A stretch of DNA of 46,363 nt from a virus (Duplodnaviria > Caudoviricetes). Location: the IMG/VR virus record IMGVR_UViG_3300032257_000022, positions 1 to 46,363 of that record; one strand, 5' to 3'. The notes below the pieces were generated by a model. The model did no database searches, was not told the origin of the DNA, and saw only the letters and a program-made list of their open reading frames with translations. Shown piece after piece: positions 19,050 through 27,496 of the stretch (position 1 is its first letter; each line of letters begins with the position of its first letter). The translations under genes were made by a program, and so were the position numbers.

Positions 19050-20978
19050 CTATATCTCCATTTCACCATGAATCCAGAAATTACCGCTATCGTTCACTAG
19101 ATATTTCGGGTTCACAATTACACCGTGCCGATGAAAGCCTACTACACCAACATCTGGAATAGGCATTCTGACCCGATTTGTTTCAAAATAAAATTGCATG
19201 TCGTCATCTGCTGCACCGCCAGAGCCAGTTTCACGCGGATCAACCACTACACCTGTGCCTGCATCTTGAATCACTATCCGTACTATTCCAGCACCTAAAC
19301 TAAGAATGCTATAGATATACGGGCCATTACCTGCCGCAGCATAAATTGCGGATACATTACAGCTTGCAAAAGTTTCACCAATGTCAGAAGAATAGTCTAA
19401 CTGTAAATACGTGCTGAATGCCGTTACTGTTGGCGATGCTACAGTCGGGTACTCTGTTGTTATTGTCCATGATCCACTAGCATGAACCACCTTACTTTCC
19501 AGTTTGTCGTGGAAAGATATAGTAAAGTTGTCATTAGTAGTATCATTAAATTTATATAATTTAGGGATAAAATCGTAAGAAGTAATCGCCGATCCAGTTT
19601 GAGCGGTTGACATAGATATAACAGGAGCTTCTTGCTTACCGCTGCTATTGTGGGTAATTGTTAATGTGCCATCACCATTATCGACAGCTATAGGTCGTGG
19701 GCCATAAAATTCAGGTGTATGCACTTGCTCTGGATCAACAGCTAAATCTATATAACCAATTAGATCTTGATATACATAATAAGTTGCGGATGTAGTGCCG
19801 ACACTTGCCCCTATCATTACATTATCTTGAATATATACCTCGTCTTGCGTTGCAACAAGACTAGATACCTTACTAGCTGTGAAATTATAATCTAATACCA
19901 ACGCTCTCGGTGGCGTACCTGTAACAGATATTGTATTGAATCCGTTAGGAGCGTGGGTTGCGTCGTCAATGTAATCCCAACCAGCAATAGATTTAACTGC
20001 GCCATTGCTTGCACCAGCAGTGAATGCAGTTCCATTGATATTACTACCATCTTCGTCAGTTAGTTCAAAAGTCGTGCTAGTAACATTCGCCACAACATAG
20101 TAGTTCTCGCTTATTTGTGTCATGCCGGATGTAATACCAGAAATATAAACAACAGCTCCGTTAGAAAAACCATGCGCTGCTGCTGTAGTCACTACCACAG
20201 GGTTTGCCGCTGTCGCGCTCGACAAGTTTACGGAATCAACATTAAATGAATTTCTAATTACACAACTAAGATTTCTAGTTGTCTTATCTGTGTCGCCACT
20301 TTCTAGACTTATGAATTTATTGTTAGGAGTGAAACTAGTAGTTTGAAATTCTGCTGTGCCTATATAATTGACTTGTGTTGCTCTGTCAGAGATAAACACA
20401 CCGCCGTCTGCACTAATAACCGTTCCTGCTGCGGCTGCTGCAGTTATAGCGGCGTCTATCTCAGTGGTGTAGTCTGTAGTCCCTACTACTGCCCCGAACC
20501 ATTTTATATCGACCGGCCCACTGTAAAGCCTAACCCATCTACCTGTGGTGACAGCCGTGACCTTGATGATTGTTCCACCATTGTCAGATGCAGTGCTTGC
20601 GCTATCCCAATAGAAATCTCCTTCACCCCCATCACCTTCTGTGGAGTGTCCAGACAAAAACACATTTTGTTCTTGTGTTGGATCTGATAGTCGTAGACTA
20701 GCAATAGAGGTATATACAGTTCGTCCTATTGCAATAGAGCCCGTGCCCGTCACATCTTGCAACCTTGCAGCAGAGGTAGGATTCTGTGGGGCACCTAAGT
20801 TAGCTATAGGATTGCTGTTCATGTCTAACTCATTCTGCATTATATTGGGCTCCCCGTCTGGGTTATCCCGATACAGAACCTTATCATTCAGGTGCTCTGC
20901 AATTTCCTCAAACTCTGCATTCAAGGCTGCCTGACTGGCAAATCCTGATACTACGTTAAGTGCTGTCTTCTTTGCCAT
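19050..20978 (-). CDS. Tail fibre/tailspike
   Basis: 642 aa. Podovirus anchor N-terminus (LDMNSN.I.NL.AP), spike head-binding motif GDGGEG.FYWD...DNGGT...GRW.R....DIKWFGA, and a TAANPVVVT..AHG module. Confidence 0.8.
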   Translation of the reverse strand: MAKKTALNVVSGFASQAALNAEFEEIAEHLNDKVLYRDNPDGEPNIMQNELDMNSNPIANLGAPQNPTSAARLQDVTGTGSIAIGRTVYTSIASLRLSDPTQEQNVFLSGHSTEGDGGEGDFYWDSASTASDNGGTIIKVTAVTTGRWVRLYSGPVDIKWFGAVVGTTDYTTEIDAAITAAAAAGTVISADGGVFISDRATQVNYIGTAEFQTTSFTPNNKFISLESGDTDKTTRNLSCVIRNSFNVDSVNLSSATAANPVVVTTAAAHGFSNGAVVYISGITSGMTQISENYYVVANVTSTTFELTDEDGSNINGTAFTAGASNGAVKSIAGWDYIDDATHAPNGFNTISVTGTPPRALVLDYNFTASKVSSLVATQDEVYIQDNVMIGASVGTTSATYYVYQDLIGYIDLAVDPEQVHTPEFYGPRPIAVDNGDGTLTITHNSSGKQEAPVISMSTAQTGSAITSYDFIPKLYKFNDTTNDNFTISFHDKLESKVVHASGSWTITTEYPTVASPTVTAFSTYLQLDYSSDIGETFASCNVSAIYAAAGNGPYIYSILSLGAGIVRIVIQDAGTGVVVDPRETGSGGAADDDMQFYFETNRVRMPIPDVGVVGFHRHGVIVNPKYLVNDSGNFWIHGEMEI

Positions 20979-21466
20979 TAGTATGCATACCCCAGTTGGT
21001 CTATGTCAGCTTGATAATATTTGGTAACAGCTTCCACAGTACACCCATCGTAAAACTCTTTGTATTTCATCGGTGGGCTTGGATTCTTGTGTAAAAGATC
21101 TTTGCCTGTTAAGGCCTTAAAATCTTCTTCAATATGTTCAAATCTAAGTATATGGTCTATTACGCTGAAGTCTTCAACATAAGTAACAGCTGGGTCGGCC
21201 AGCTTGGCCCCATACTTGTTGATAATAGGACTAGGCAATCCTTCGATTACCCAGTGTTGAAAGCCTTGGGGTGTTGCCATGTCGCGTGCCAAGTGCCAGT
21301 AAATATCCACTGCCCGGTCAAATGGATTGCGGGCAATGGTTAATGTTTCTTCTAGAGCTTCGTCATAATCCTTCAAACGTTTATGCGGTACGTTGGCAGG
21401 GCCACACAAAATGTCCCTTACTGAAGTACCGGCTGTCTTAGGAATATGTATAAAGACCATGCTCAT
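20978..21466 (-). CDS. Sulfotransferase family protein (Sulfotransfer_2-like)
   Basis: FIHIPKTAGTSV (5'-PSB), RNPFDRAV..Y (3'-PB), RFE.IEEDF, Y..D...LGY. Confidence 0.85.
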   Translation of the reverse strand: MSMVFIHIPKTAGTSVRDILCGPANVPHKRLKDYDEALEETLTIARNPFDRAVDIYWHLARDMATPQGFQHWVIEGLPSPIINKYGAKLADPAVTYVEDFSVIDHILRFEHIEEDFKALTGKDLLHKNPSPPMKYKEFYDGCTVEAVTKYYQADIDQLGYAY

Positions 21467-21729
21467 TTCTTCTTGGTTGTTTTACGTTTAGCTTTCTTAG
21501 TTCTTGGGATACTTCTATTCTTAGAAGCGGATTGAACAAACGTGGCACCACGGGCCCCTGCTTTCTTATGGGCAATGTCCTTGCCATCCCCCTTCTTAAC
21601 TTTACCTTCTTTAAGGGCTTTCTGTCTTGCAGCATTATTCCTAGCCCTCTGCTTCTTAGCCTTCTTAGACTTGCCTTGCTTCTTATACTCAGCGTCGTAG
21701 TCGCGTTTGTACCCTTTAGACGAAGGCAT
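21463..21729 (-). CDS. Small basic HNH-like protein
   Basis: 88 aa, very Lys/Arg-rich; RDY..EY...RA.NN.AR...KGDGKDIAHKK...S.NRS pattern. Confidence 0.55.
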   Translation of the reverse strand: MPSSKGYKRDYDAEYKKQGKSKKAKKQRARNNAARQKALKEGKVKKGDGKDIAHKKAGARGATFVQSASKNRSIPRTKKAKRKTTKKK

Positions 21730-21772
21730 CAGCGTGTCCTCTTAACCGATTTATCTTGTCGGTTAGTTTTCA

Positions 21773-22189
21773 TTAGCCTAAATATTCAGCGTGTACGGAA
21801 CAGGTGACTGTTGGTGTCGCTGATCCGCCTACCGTACCTACAATGCGGTAAGCGTGACTAATCACGTCACTCACACTGACGTTAGCTGTTTCTGCCACAC
21901 CCGGGTAAACAATTAAGTGCTGACTTGATGCTGCAGTAGCCTGTGCAAAGGCTGCGCCTGCCATGTCTTGGTAAGTATCGCTTAACTGATCATACACCTG
22001 TACCTTCACGTCAAGTGTGGGGCTGGTGCCGCTAACTGCGGTTACGTCCAAATACAAACGTACCCCTTTAGCGCCTATGGCTAAAAACTTAGAGCTATTG
22101 TTAGCGCCTGAGGATAATACTTGTGATGCAAGGACTGTATCGCTTAGTTGCTTTAGGCCTTTGTTACTTTGGATGTCGTTAATACTCAT
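21773..22189 (-). CDS. Hypothetical beta-rich protein, possibly virion
   Basis: 138 aa ORF in the late arm with AGGA RBS. Confidence 0.6.
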   Translation of the reverse strand: MSINDIQSNKGLKQLSDTVLASQVLSSGANNSSKFLAIGAKGVRLYLDVTAVSGTSPTLDVKVQVYDQLSDTYQDMAGAAFAQATAASSQHLIVYPGVAETANVSVSDVISHAYRIVGTVGGSATPTVTCSVHAEYLG

Positions 22190-22198
22190 AGGTCGTTC

Positions 22199-22759
22199 CT
22201 AATGTTTGGTAGTAAGGCCAAGTCTCTCGGCATCGTCTTCTAATTCATGGTGGATACTTTTGTCTATCTTGGCCTTGCGGGCTTTCTCAGCTTTGCTGGG
22301 TGCGCCTGCTGGGCGCTTGTCCCAACCACGGTCTGCTAAGAACTTGGCGGCTGTCTGGCCACGGCCTTCACTCAAAGTACTGTTAGTCATGATCTGTTTA
22401 ATCGCGCCACTACGTAACTTAACCTCAAGCTCTTCCCGCCACTTGGTTACTTCTTTGTCAAAGAACTGTGCGCCACAAAGGCGCTGCCAATGCTGCCAAC
22501 TACCAAAGCATAATCTTGCGAACTCATACTCTGTTGGATCTGCTAGCTCCATGTAGATCAAGTACAGGCTGATGTAAGTTACACCCTTCACTTCGTGGTT
22601 GTAATCTTTGATGGTGTACACGGCAGGTAAGGAACTAACGTTCTCTTCAAAGAATAAGCTCATTGTTCGCTTACGACCTTTTCCATCACGCATAATGTCA
22701 TGGTCTGGTAGTTCATCGAACAAAGGGGTTAGTTTTCTTGGTAGGGCTTTCTTGGACAT
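22199..22759 (-). CDS. Putative terminase small subunit / DNA-binding protein
   Basis: Start refined to MSKKALP at 22759. DPTEYEFA...GSWQHW..L and WREELEVK...AAKFLAD.GW motifs; near the start of the packaging arm. Function is inferred. Confidence 0.5.
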   Translation of the reverse strand: MSKKALPRKLTPLFDELPDHDIMRDGKGRKRTMSLFFEENVSSLPAVYTIKDYNHEVKGVTYISLYLIYMELADPTEYEFARLCFGSWQHWQRLCGAQFFDKEVTKWREELEVKLRSGAIKQIMTNSTLSEGRGQTAAKFLADRGWDKRPAGAPSKAEKARKAKIDKSIHHELEDDAERLGLTTKH

Positions 22760-22772
22760 AGGGCTGGTCTTC

Positions 22773-22946
22773 CTATTTGTTTTCTTTGGATGGGGGTTTA
22801 GTAATAGCAGGGCGCTTCTTGCCAATATCTTCTGCTGCTTTTAATCTGTCTTGCTTCTCTTTCACTTCCACAGCTTTGCCTAGCAAACCACCAAAGAAGT
22901 CACTGAATGGGGATGCTTTAGGTTTCTTTTCTTTATCGGTGGGCAT
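22773..22946 (-). CDS. Small hypothetical protein
   Basis: MPTDKEKKP..., 57 aa. Likely start at 22946 with AAGGT RBS, within the longer track ORF. Confidence 0.5.
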   Translation of the reverse strand: MPTDKEKKPKASPFSDFFGGLLGKAVEVKEKQDRLKAAEDIGKKRPAITKPPSKENK

Positions 22947-23109
22947 AGTAGCTAATACCTTGTCGGGGGTCTTGGGTACAGAATGTACCACCGTGGTTTT
23001 ATAAACACAAGTGCGCCCGCGCAATTGACGCTGGTTTTTAACCTTGGGGTAACAAAAGTGGGCGGTCTTGTGTGTACAAGATCGGCCATGTGTTTTTGTT
23101 CTTAAGGAC

Positions 23110-23323
23110 AAATATGTATTTATATATATAAATAATAATATAAATAATACTACTACTCCCTAAGGGGAGGTAGTAGTAAATAATAATTAATGATTATTAA
23201 ATATAGATTTTATTAATTATTAATATGTAAGTATTAATTATTAATAATAGATATATTTAATAAGAGTTAATTATTATGTTTATTTATATTATATATATTA
23301 TTAATTAATAATGGGGGGGGGGG
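23110..23323. other. Extreme AT island 1 with internal hairpin and G11 tract
   Basis: Almost pure A/T. Inverted repeat TACTACTACTCCC-TAAG-GGGAGGTAGTAGTA at 23148-23178; G11 at 23313-23323. Confidence 0.9.
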
Positions 23324-23345
23324 TATTTATACATCTCTTAAGTTC

Positions 23346-23375
23346 TTTATATATAAAATCTATAACCCTTGTCAA
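23346..23375 (-). promoter_or_regulatory. Candidate sigma70 promoter facing the morphogenesis arm
   Basis: Minus strand TTGACA (23375-23370), 18 nt, TATAAA (23351-23346), with an AT-rich tract upstream. Confidence 0.5.
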
Positions 23376-23494
23376 GCTTTTTATTTTATAAATCAGACAA
23401 ACGGTTAGGGGCAATAATTCTTACGAGAAATTCTCAGTGTGTAATGCAACTACAATGAACAACCCCCCGACCCCCCTTGGGGCACCATGAATAT

Positions 23495-23526
23495 ATGTTC
23501 CACGCAGCTGCAATGCATGTTCCACG
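23495..23526 (+). repeat. Two ATGTTCCACG direct repeats, 22-bp period
   Basis: At 23495-23504 and 23517-23526; matches half of the parS palindrome TGTTCCACGTGGAACA. Confidence 0.7.
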
Positions 23527-23594
23527 GCATCACGTGGGGGCAATATGATAGTAGTTAGCTGTAAAGCAGAATAACAATCATTCCCATCCCCACA

Positions 23595-23612
23595 TTTCTA
23601 ACCACTTAGAAC
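23595..23612. promoter_or_regulatory. 18-bp operator-like palindrome GTTCTAA-N4-TTAGAAC (first of 8 perfect-core copies)
   Basis: Copies at 23595, 24826, 25262, 25943, 27470, 28244, 29673 and 33786; near matches at 24711 and 31355. Confidence 0.8.
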
Positions 23613-23888
23613 ACTCAGACGACCGTCTTATAAGGGTAAACCCCTAGTACATCATAGAACGCTCTGTATGCCTCTCTAATCAACGATAACATTCATTGAT
23701 ACCTAACCATAGGTCGACCGTAGATCGTGGCGTACAGAGCAAATAAACTCATTCTATGGCCATTCATTAACTTAGTTTATTACTTTATGGTTACCATAAG
23801 TTAAATCTATAGGTGATTGGTTATATCTATAGTCTGCCCTTAGGGGCAAATAAGTAGACACATTTCAGATGCGAAGCACCCTAAGCTA

Positions 23889-23998
23889 TGTAGGACAATT
23901 CCTACAACGTGTAGGATATTTCCTACAGAGATTTGGGATTAGTCCTACAAACATTTCAGATTAATCCTACATCAAAATAGTTGACACGTTCTTATAAT
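23889..23998 (+). promoter_or_regulatory. Array of four 18-bp boxes (TGTAGGA-N4-TCCTACA) followed by TATAAT
   Basis: Boxes at 23889, 23910, 23932 and 23954 (21-22 bp period); TATAAT at 23993-23998. Confidence 0.7.
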
Positions 23999-24065
23999 GG
24001 TACTCAGAAACACACACGATCCATTAACGCCCTTCTAAGGGCTTAGACTTAATAGGTAATACATT

Positions 24066-24563
24066 ATGAATGCTCAAACTAAAACTGAAACACGTCCACA
24101 ATCTGAAATTAACATAGACATGGCCAATGCTATGCTGACTAGTCCTATTGCTATCTTATGGTTCAGCCATGAAGCTGATAAAGCTGGCCTCATGTCCATC
24201 ATCGAACAACGACTGGCTGACAACTTTCACACTGACTTAGCAGAAGCTTATGGGGACTTGTTCGATACCTTTGGCAAACGTCGCAAGGTAGAAGGTAAAT
24301 TCACTGAAAGCACACCAGCTGATTCGTTTAACAGCATGTTATATCAGACAGCTAAAAAAGTATTAGGGTATGCAATGAAACCGACCTTTGATAAAGAGGC
24401 GGGTACTTGGTCACTTATCAAAGTCATTCCACGGGCTAAAGTTAAAGGTCAGGGCATGAGTGAATTTGCCAAGCTTGCACTTAAGTTTGATAAAAACCCA
24501 TCACGCGATATGGCAATCGAATTGCATGCTATTGCATTATCTATGGTAGCAGCTGCCAAGTAG
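24066..24563 (+). CDS. First early gene, hypothetical
   Basis: 165 aa, TAGGT RBS, isolated between regulatory repeats and a hairpin. Confidence 0.8.
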   Translation: MNAQTKTETRPQSEINIDMANAMLTSPIAILWFSHEADKAGLMSIIEQRLADNFHTDLAEAYGDLFDTFGKRRKVEGKFTESTPADSFNSMLYQTAKKVLGYAMKPTFDKEAGTWSLIKVIPRAKVKGQGMSEFAKLALKFDKNPSRDMAIELHAIALSMVAAAK

Positions 24564-24573
24564 CAGGATACTA

Positions 24574-24609
24574 CATTGAACGAGAGGCTTAAAAAGCCCT
24601 CGTTTGATG
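24574..24609 (+). terminator. Hairpin after the first early gene (terminator or processing site)
   Basis: CATTGAACGAGAGGCTT-AAA-AAGCCCTCGTTTGATG; the U tract is short. Confidence 0.45.
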
Positions 24610-24629
24610 ATAGTAGTGGTTAGGTATAG

Positions 24630-25096
24630 ACCTGTATGCTTTCTCTCCTTAGAAGAGCATACAAGTCCATATAAGACTATGTTCTTTTACAACTAGGAAG
24701 TCTTGCCTTTGTTCTAAGTACTTAGACTGTACTTAGGTGACAAACAAGGGTAAGCATGCCGACAAATATCATGGGGTAATGTATCTGTGCTCTGGTGCTA
24801 TGGTCTGTCGCTTAACTTTAGATTCGTTCTAAGTAATTAGAACCGATTTATAGTTGACAGGATGTCATAAGGTTAATAGCTGACAGGTGACCACGTACCA
24901 TAATGGAATTGTACACAGAACAGTAAACTCTAGGTTAGCAGGCTTAAAAGCAGCTACGGGCATAAAGTATCTAATACAGATTAAGTAACGATAAGTAAAC
25001 ACAAGCAAATGTCCCTAAGGGCAAACATGCAAATGCATACACAAGAGGCTTGATGTTCTTAAATCGTTACTTATGCAGTTCTGTATTAGTGCTTAT
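24630..25096 (+). ncRNA. Candidate structured non-coding RNA or leader
   Basis: No ORF of 60 aa or more; at least three long stems (see findings). Strand assumed from context. Confidence 0.35.
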
Positions 25097-25260
25097 ATAT
25101 ATTATATATATTTATATAACTATTATTATATTAATAATCTATTAATTAATATTAATTATATATAACTATTATTAATAATATATATAAGTATTATTGATTA
25201 GATATAAGTTATATATAAATATAATATATATAGTTATATAAGGTAATAATATTTATAACA
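25094..25260. other. Extreme AT island 2
   Basis: About 165 nt of nearly pure A/T with recurring TATTATTA/TAATAATA words. Confidence 0.9.
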
Positions 25261-25311
25261 TGTTCTAAGTGATTAGAACGTTTCTTAACTATAAGACTGT
25301 GGGTAACCATT

Positions 25312-25659
25312 ATGGAAAATAATGTTAATGCCATCACTCAAAGACTAGCTGAGTTACACAAATCATCTGGTAGTTTGATGGAGCAATTAAAAACAAGTTG
25401 TTGCATAAAAGACATTTGGCCTGATGCTTATAAGTATGGCTCTTGTTATGTTGGCGGGCGTAGTAGATGGGACGACAGGGTTAAACGTAGTCCTCAAGGA
25501 AGTATCATGCCTCATGGCCAGCGTATGTACTGCTGCTACATAAAAGATGGCAAGGGCAACAAAAAGTATTTAACTCGCGAACAAACTTTATTAATTAAAC
25601 CTGAAGCTGCGGACGATTTACATTCTGAGTTCACAAGCTCGCCTGAAGAATGGGAGTAG
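25312..25659 (+). CDS. Hypothetical early protein
   Basis: 115 aa ORF. Confidence 0.7.
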   Translation: MENNVNAITQRLAELHKSSGSLMEQLKTSCCIKDIWPDAYKYGSCYVGGRSRWDDRVKRSPQGSIMPHGQRMYCCYIKDGKGNKKYLTREQTLLIKPEAADDLHSEFTSSPEEWE

Positions 25660-25662
25660 GCT

Positions 25663-25905
25663 ATGAATATCAAAGCTATTGCTAACAATCAGTTAGTGAT
25701 GACAACAGCTAACAAGCAACTATTTGTTAGTTATGAATCCGTCATTGTACTGATTGATGAGACAGGGACTTATCTTGACATGTATAAGTGGGATTACTCG
25801 CGTACTACTGCCAAGTATCGTAATAAGTTCTTGAATGAAACAACCAAAGAAATTGCTGCTAAATTACGTGATGGTGTGTATAAGCTTATCGATCTTAATA
25901 AGTAA
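25663..25905 (+). CDS. Conserved phage early protein
   Basis: 80 aa with F.SY.S.I and WDYSRTT.KYRNKFL pattern common in phage early genes; GGAG RBS. Confidence 0.75.
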   Translation: MNIKAIANNQLVMTTANKQLFVSYESVIVLIDETGTYLDMYKWDYSRTTAKYRNKFLNETTKEIAAKLRDGVYKLIDLNK

Positions 25906-25980
25906 TAACACTACTATCAACATTCTGGCACACGCCACCCACGTTCTAACTACTTAGAACACTAAGACTAGGAAAATACT

Positions 25981-26124
25981 ATGAACCTTTTTATTATTAA
26001 GTTTGTTAACGAAGTGTACGTTGAGGCTACCTACCATTGTTGGGCTAAGACTTCACAAAGTGCCTTACGTAAGTTTGGTAACGCACACCCTGCTTGTTTA
26101 GTGTTGGATTACGACATAGCTTAA
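25981..26124 (+). CDS. Small hypothetical protein (47 aa, not in track)
   Basis: MNLFIIKFVNEVYVEATYHCWAK...; AGGA RBS; fills the gap between neighbours. Confidence 0.6.
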   Translation: MNLFIIKFVNEVYVEATYHCWAKTSQSALRKFGNAHPACLVLDYDIA

Positions 26125-26133
26125 GGGGGCGGT

Positions 26134-26391
26134 ATGCCAATAAAGATAATAAAACGAGCTGTTAAATTTAGAGCTACTTGCAAGGCACAATATGACCACC
26201 TAGTTAAAGCTCTTATAAAGGAGGGCTGCAGAAGGGTTAACGGGCCAGTAGCACATTTGTATGTGCGTACTGACGGAGCTGTTACTTGGTCAGACCTAGA
26301 AGACCACGAGTACTTTGATGCACATCCAAACCTAGAGCTGCCTACTGATGAGTTCATAAGAATGGTAGGGGAGGACGAACATGGAGATTAA
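26134..26391 (+). CDS. Hypothetical protein, tandem paralog 1
   Basis: 85 aa, similar to the next two ORFs. Confidence 0.75.
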   Translation: MPIKIIKRAVKFRATCKAQYDHLVKALIKEGCRRVNGPVAHLYVRTDGAVTWSDLEDHEYFDAHPNLELPTDEFIRMVGEDEHGD

Positions 26392-26650
26392 ACGAGCCAT
26401 AAAAATAAAAGCCCCTAGCCACCCAAAAGTACACAAAGAAGTTTTTGACTTGCTGGTGAGAATTGGGTTCGTGTGGCGTGGAGACGCCGAAGGGCATAAG
26501 CCTGAGGTTACCCATTACTTTATTAGCGAAATTGGAGAAATGACACAGATAGATGATGGGGATACCCTTTTCTTCCGTGGAAACCCCGCACTAGAACTAA
26601 ACTACTTAGATATAGTGGCAGCATTAGGGGAGGGCACTGACGATGCGTAA
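26381..26650 (+). CDS. Hypothetical protein, tandem paralog 2
   Basis: 89 aa, GGAGG RBS. Confidence 0.75.
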   Translation: MEIKRAIKIKAPSHPKVHKEVFDLLVRIGFVWRGDAEGHKPEVTHYFISEIGEMTQIDDGDTLFFRGNPALELNYLDIVAALGEGTDDA

Positions 26651-26921
26651 ATACCCTACATTTAAAAGGCATGTAGTTGTTACTCCAGCCAATACGCAAG
26701 AAAGCATTGAGTTCCAAGAAGCTGCTTTTGCTGCTGGTTTTGTTTGGGGGGAGGGCGATACCAACTCACAATACACACACAAACCACAGCTATGCTTATG
26801 GAAGGATAACGGTACGATTTGTTATTCTGACGACACTAACATTGATCCTGAGGACGACGTGTTACTGAACATCGAAGACGTAATAGCAGCATTGAAGGAG
26901 ATGGCTAATGAGTACAAGTAA
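26643..26921 (+). CDS. Hypothetical protein, tandem paralog 3
   Basis: 92 aa, GGAGG RBS, GFVWG motif. Confidence 0.75.
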   Translation: MRKYPTFKRHVVVTPANTQESIEFQEAAFAAGFVWGEGDTNSQYTHKPQLCLWKDNGTICYSDDTNIDPEDDVLLNIEDVIAALKEMANEYK

Positions 26922-27267
26922 ATTAAAATATGCAGACAGCCCTTGGCGTATTGAGGGCGAAGATTATGGTAGTCAGGACGACGGGGTTTCTGTTGGTATA
27001 GAAGACAAAGACGGGGGCGCTGTGGTATGGCATTCACAAAGAGATATAGAAGGCTTCAACGACAGCGTAGACTATGCTGGTAACGTAGCCTTAGTTACCA
27101 AAGCCCCTGTTTTATGGGAGTTACTTGAAGTTATGGGTGACGAGTTAAGCCTTTCTTTAGAAGACGGTCACTGGGATGCCTTTAAGTACAAAGCATTTAC
27201 CAACGTGATCAACAACATTAAACAGGAGATGATTGATGACCAAGAACGACTACGTAAAGATAGCTGA
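26908..27267 (+). CDS. Hypothetical protein
   Basis: 119 aa, PW...N..L...AP.L.E.L pattern common in phage proteins; AGGAG RBS. Confidence 0.75.
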   Translation: MSTSKLKYADSPWRIEGEDYGSQDDGVSVGIEDKDGGAVVWHSQRDIEGFNDSVDYAGNVALVTKAPVLWELLEVMGDELSLSLEDGHWDAFKYKAFTNVINNIKQEMIDDQERLRKDS

Positions 27268-27439
27268 TGCCTTTCATGCTATCAAACCAACGACACCTGA
27301 TGAAGCACGTATGTTTCTAAAGTGTGTTGATGGTGTATCACTCGCAATGAAACGCGATAACCCAAAGTTTCAACGTAACATCTTCTTACATGCTGTTGGT
27401 GTAGACGATGTAATTATAACTGTGCCTAAGCAAGCTTAA
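27233..27439 (+). CDS. Conserved small phage protein
   Basis: MTK.DY..IA...DNPKF....F..A pattern; AGGAG RBS. Confidence 0.75.
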   Translation: MMTKNDYVKIADAFHAIKPTTPDEARMFLKCVDGVSLAMKRDNPKFQRNIFLHAVGVDDVIITVPKQA

Positions 27440-27496
27440 GCCAGCTAACGCTGCCCCTAAGGGCAGTTAATTCTAACTACTTAGAAGGAAATTATT

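Noticed and set aside
450-22844. Many plus-strand ORFs in the virion arm (e.g. 1400-1903, 1900-2337) and minus-strand ORFs in the early arm
   Set aside because: They are antisense shadows of well-supported genes; the Pro/Ser-rich 1400-1903 is simply the reverse of the collagen repeat.
23889-23971. Mini CRISPR array
   Set aside because: Units are 18 bp with only 3-4 nt between them, so there are no spacers; no cas operon is present.
23981-23998. Perfect TTGACA plus TATAAT sigma70 promoter
   Set aside because: The two hexamers are only 6 nt apart and cannot form one promoter.
22947-25311. tRNA genes in the non-coding region
   Set aside because: No cloverleaf with a T-loop GTTCRA and acceptor stem was found by eye; tRNAscan-SE would confirm.
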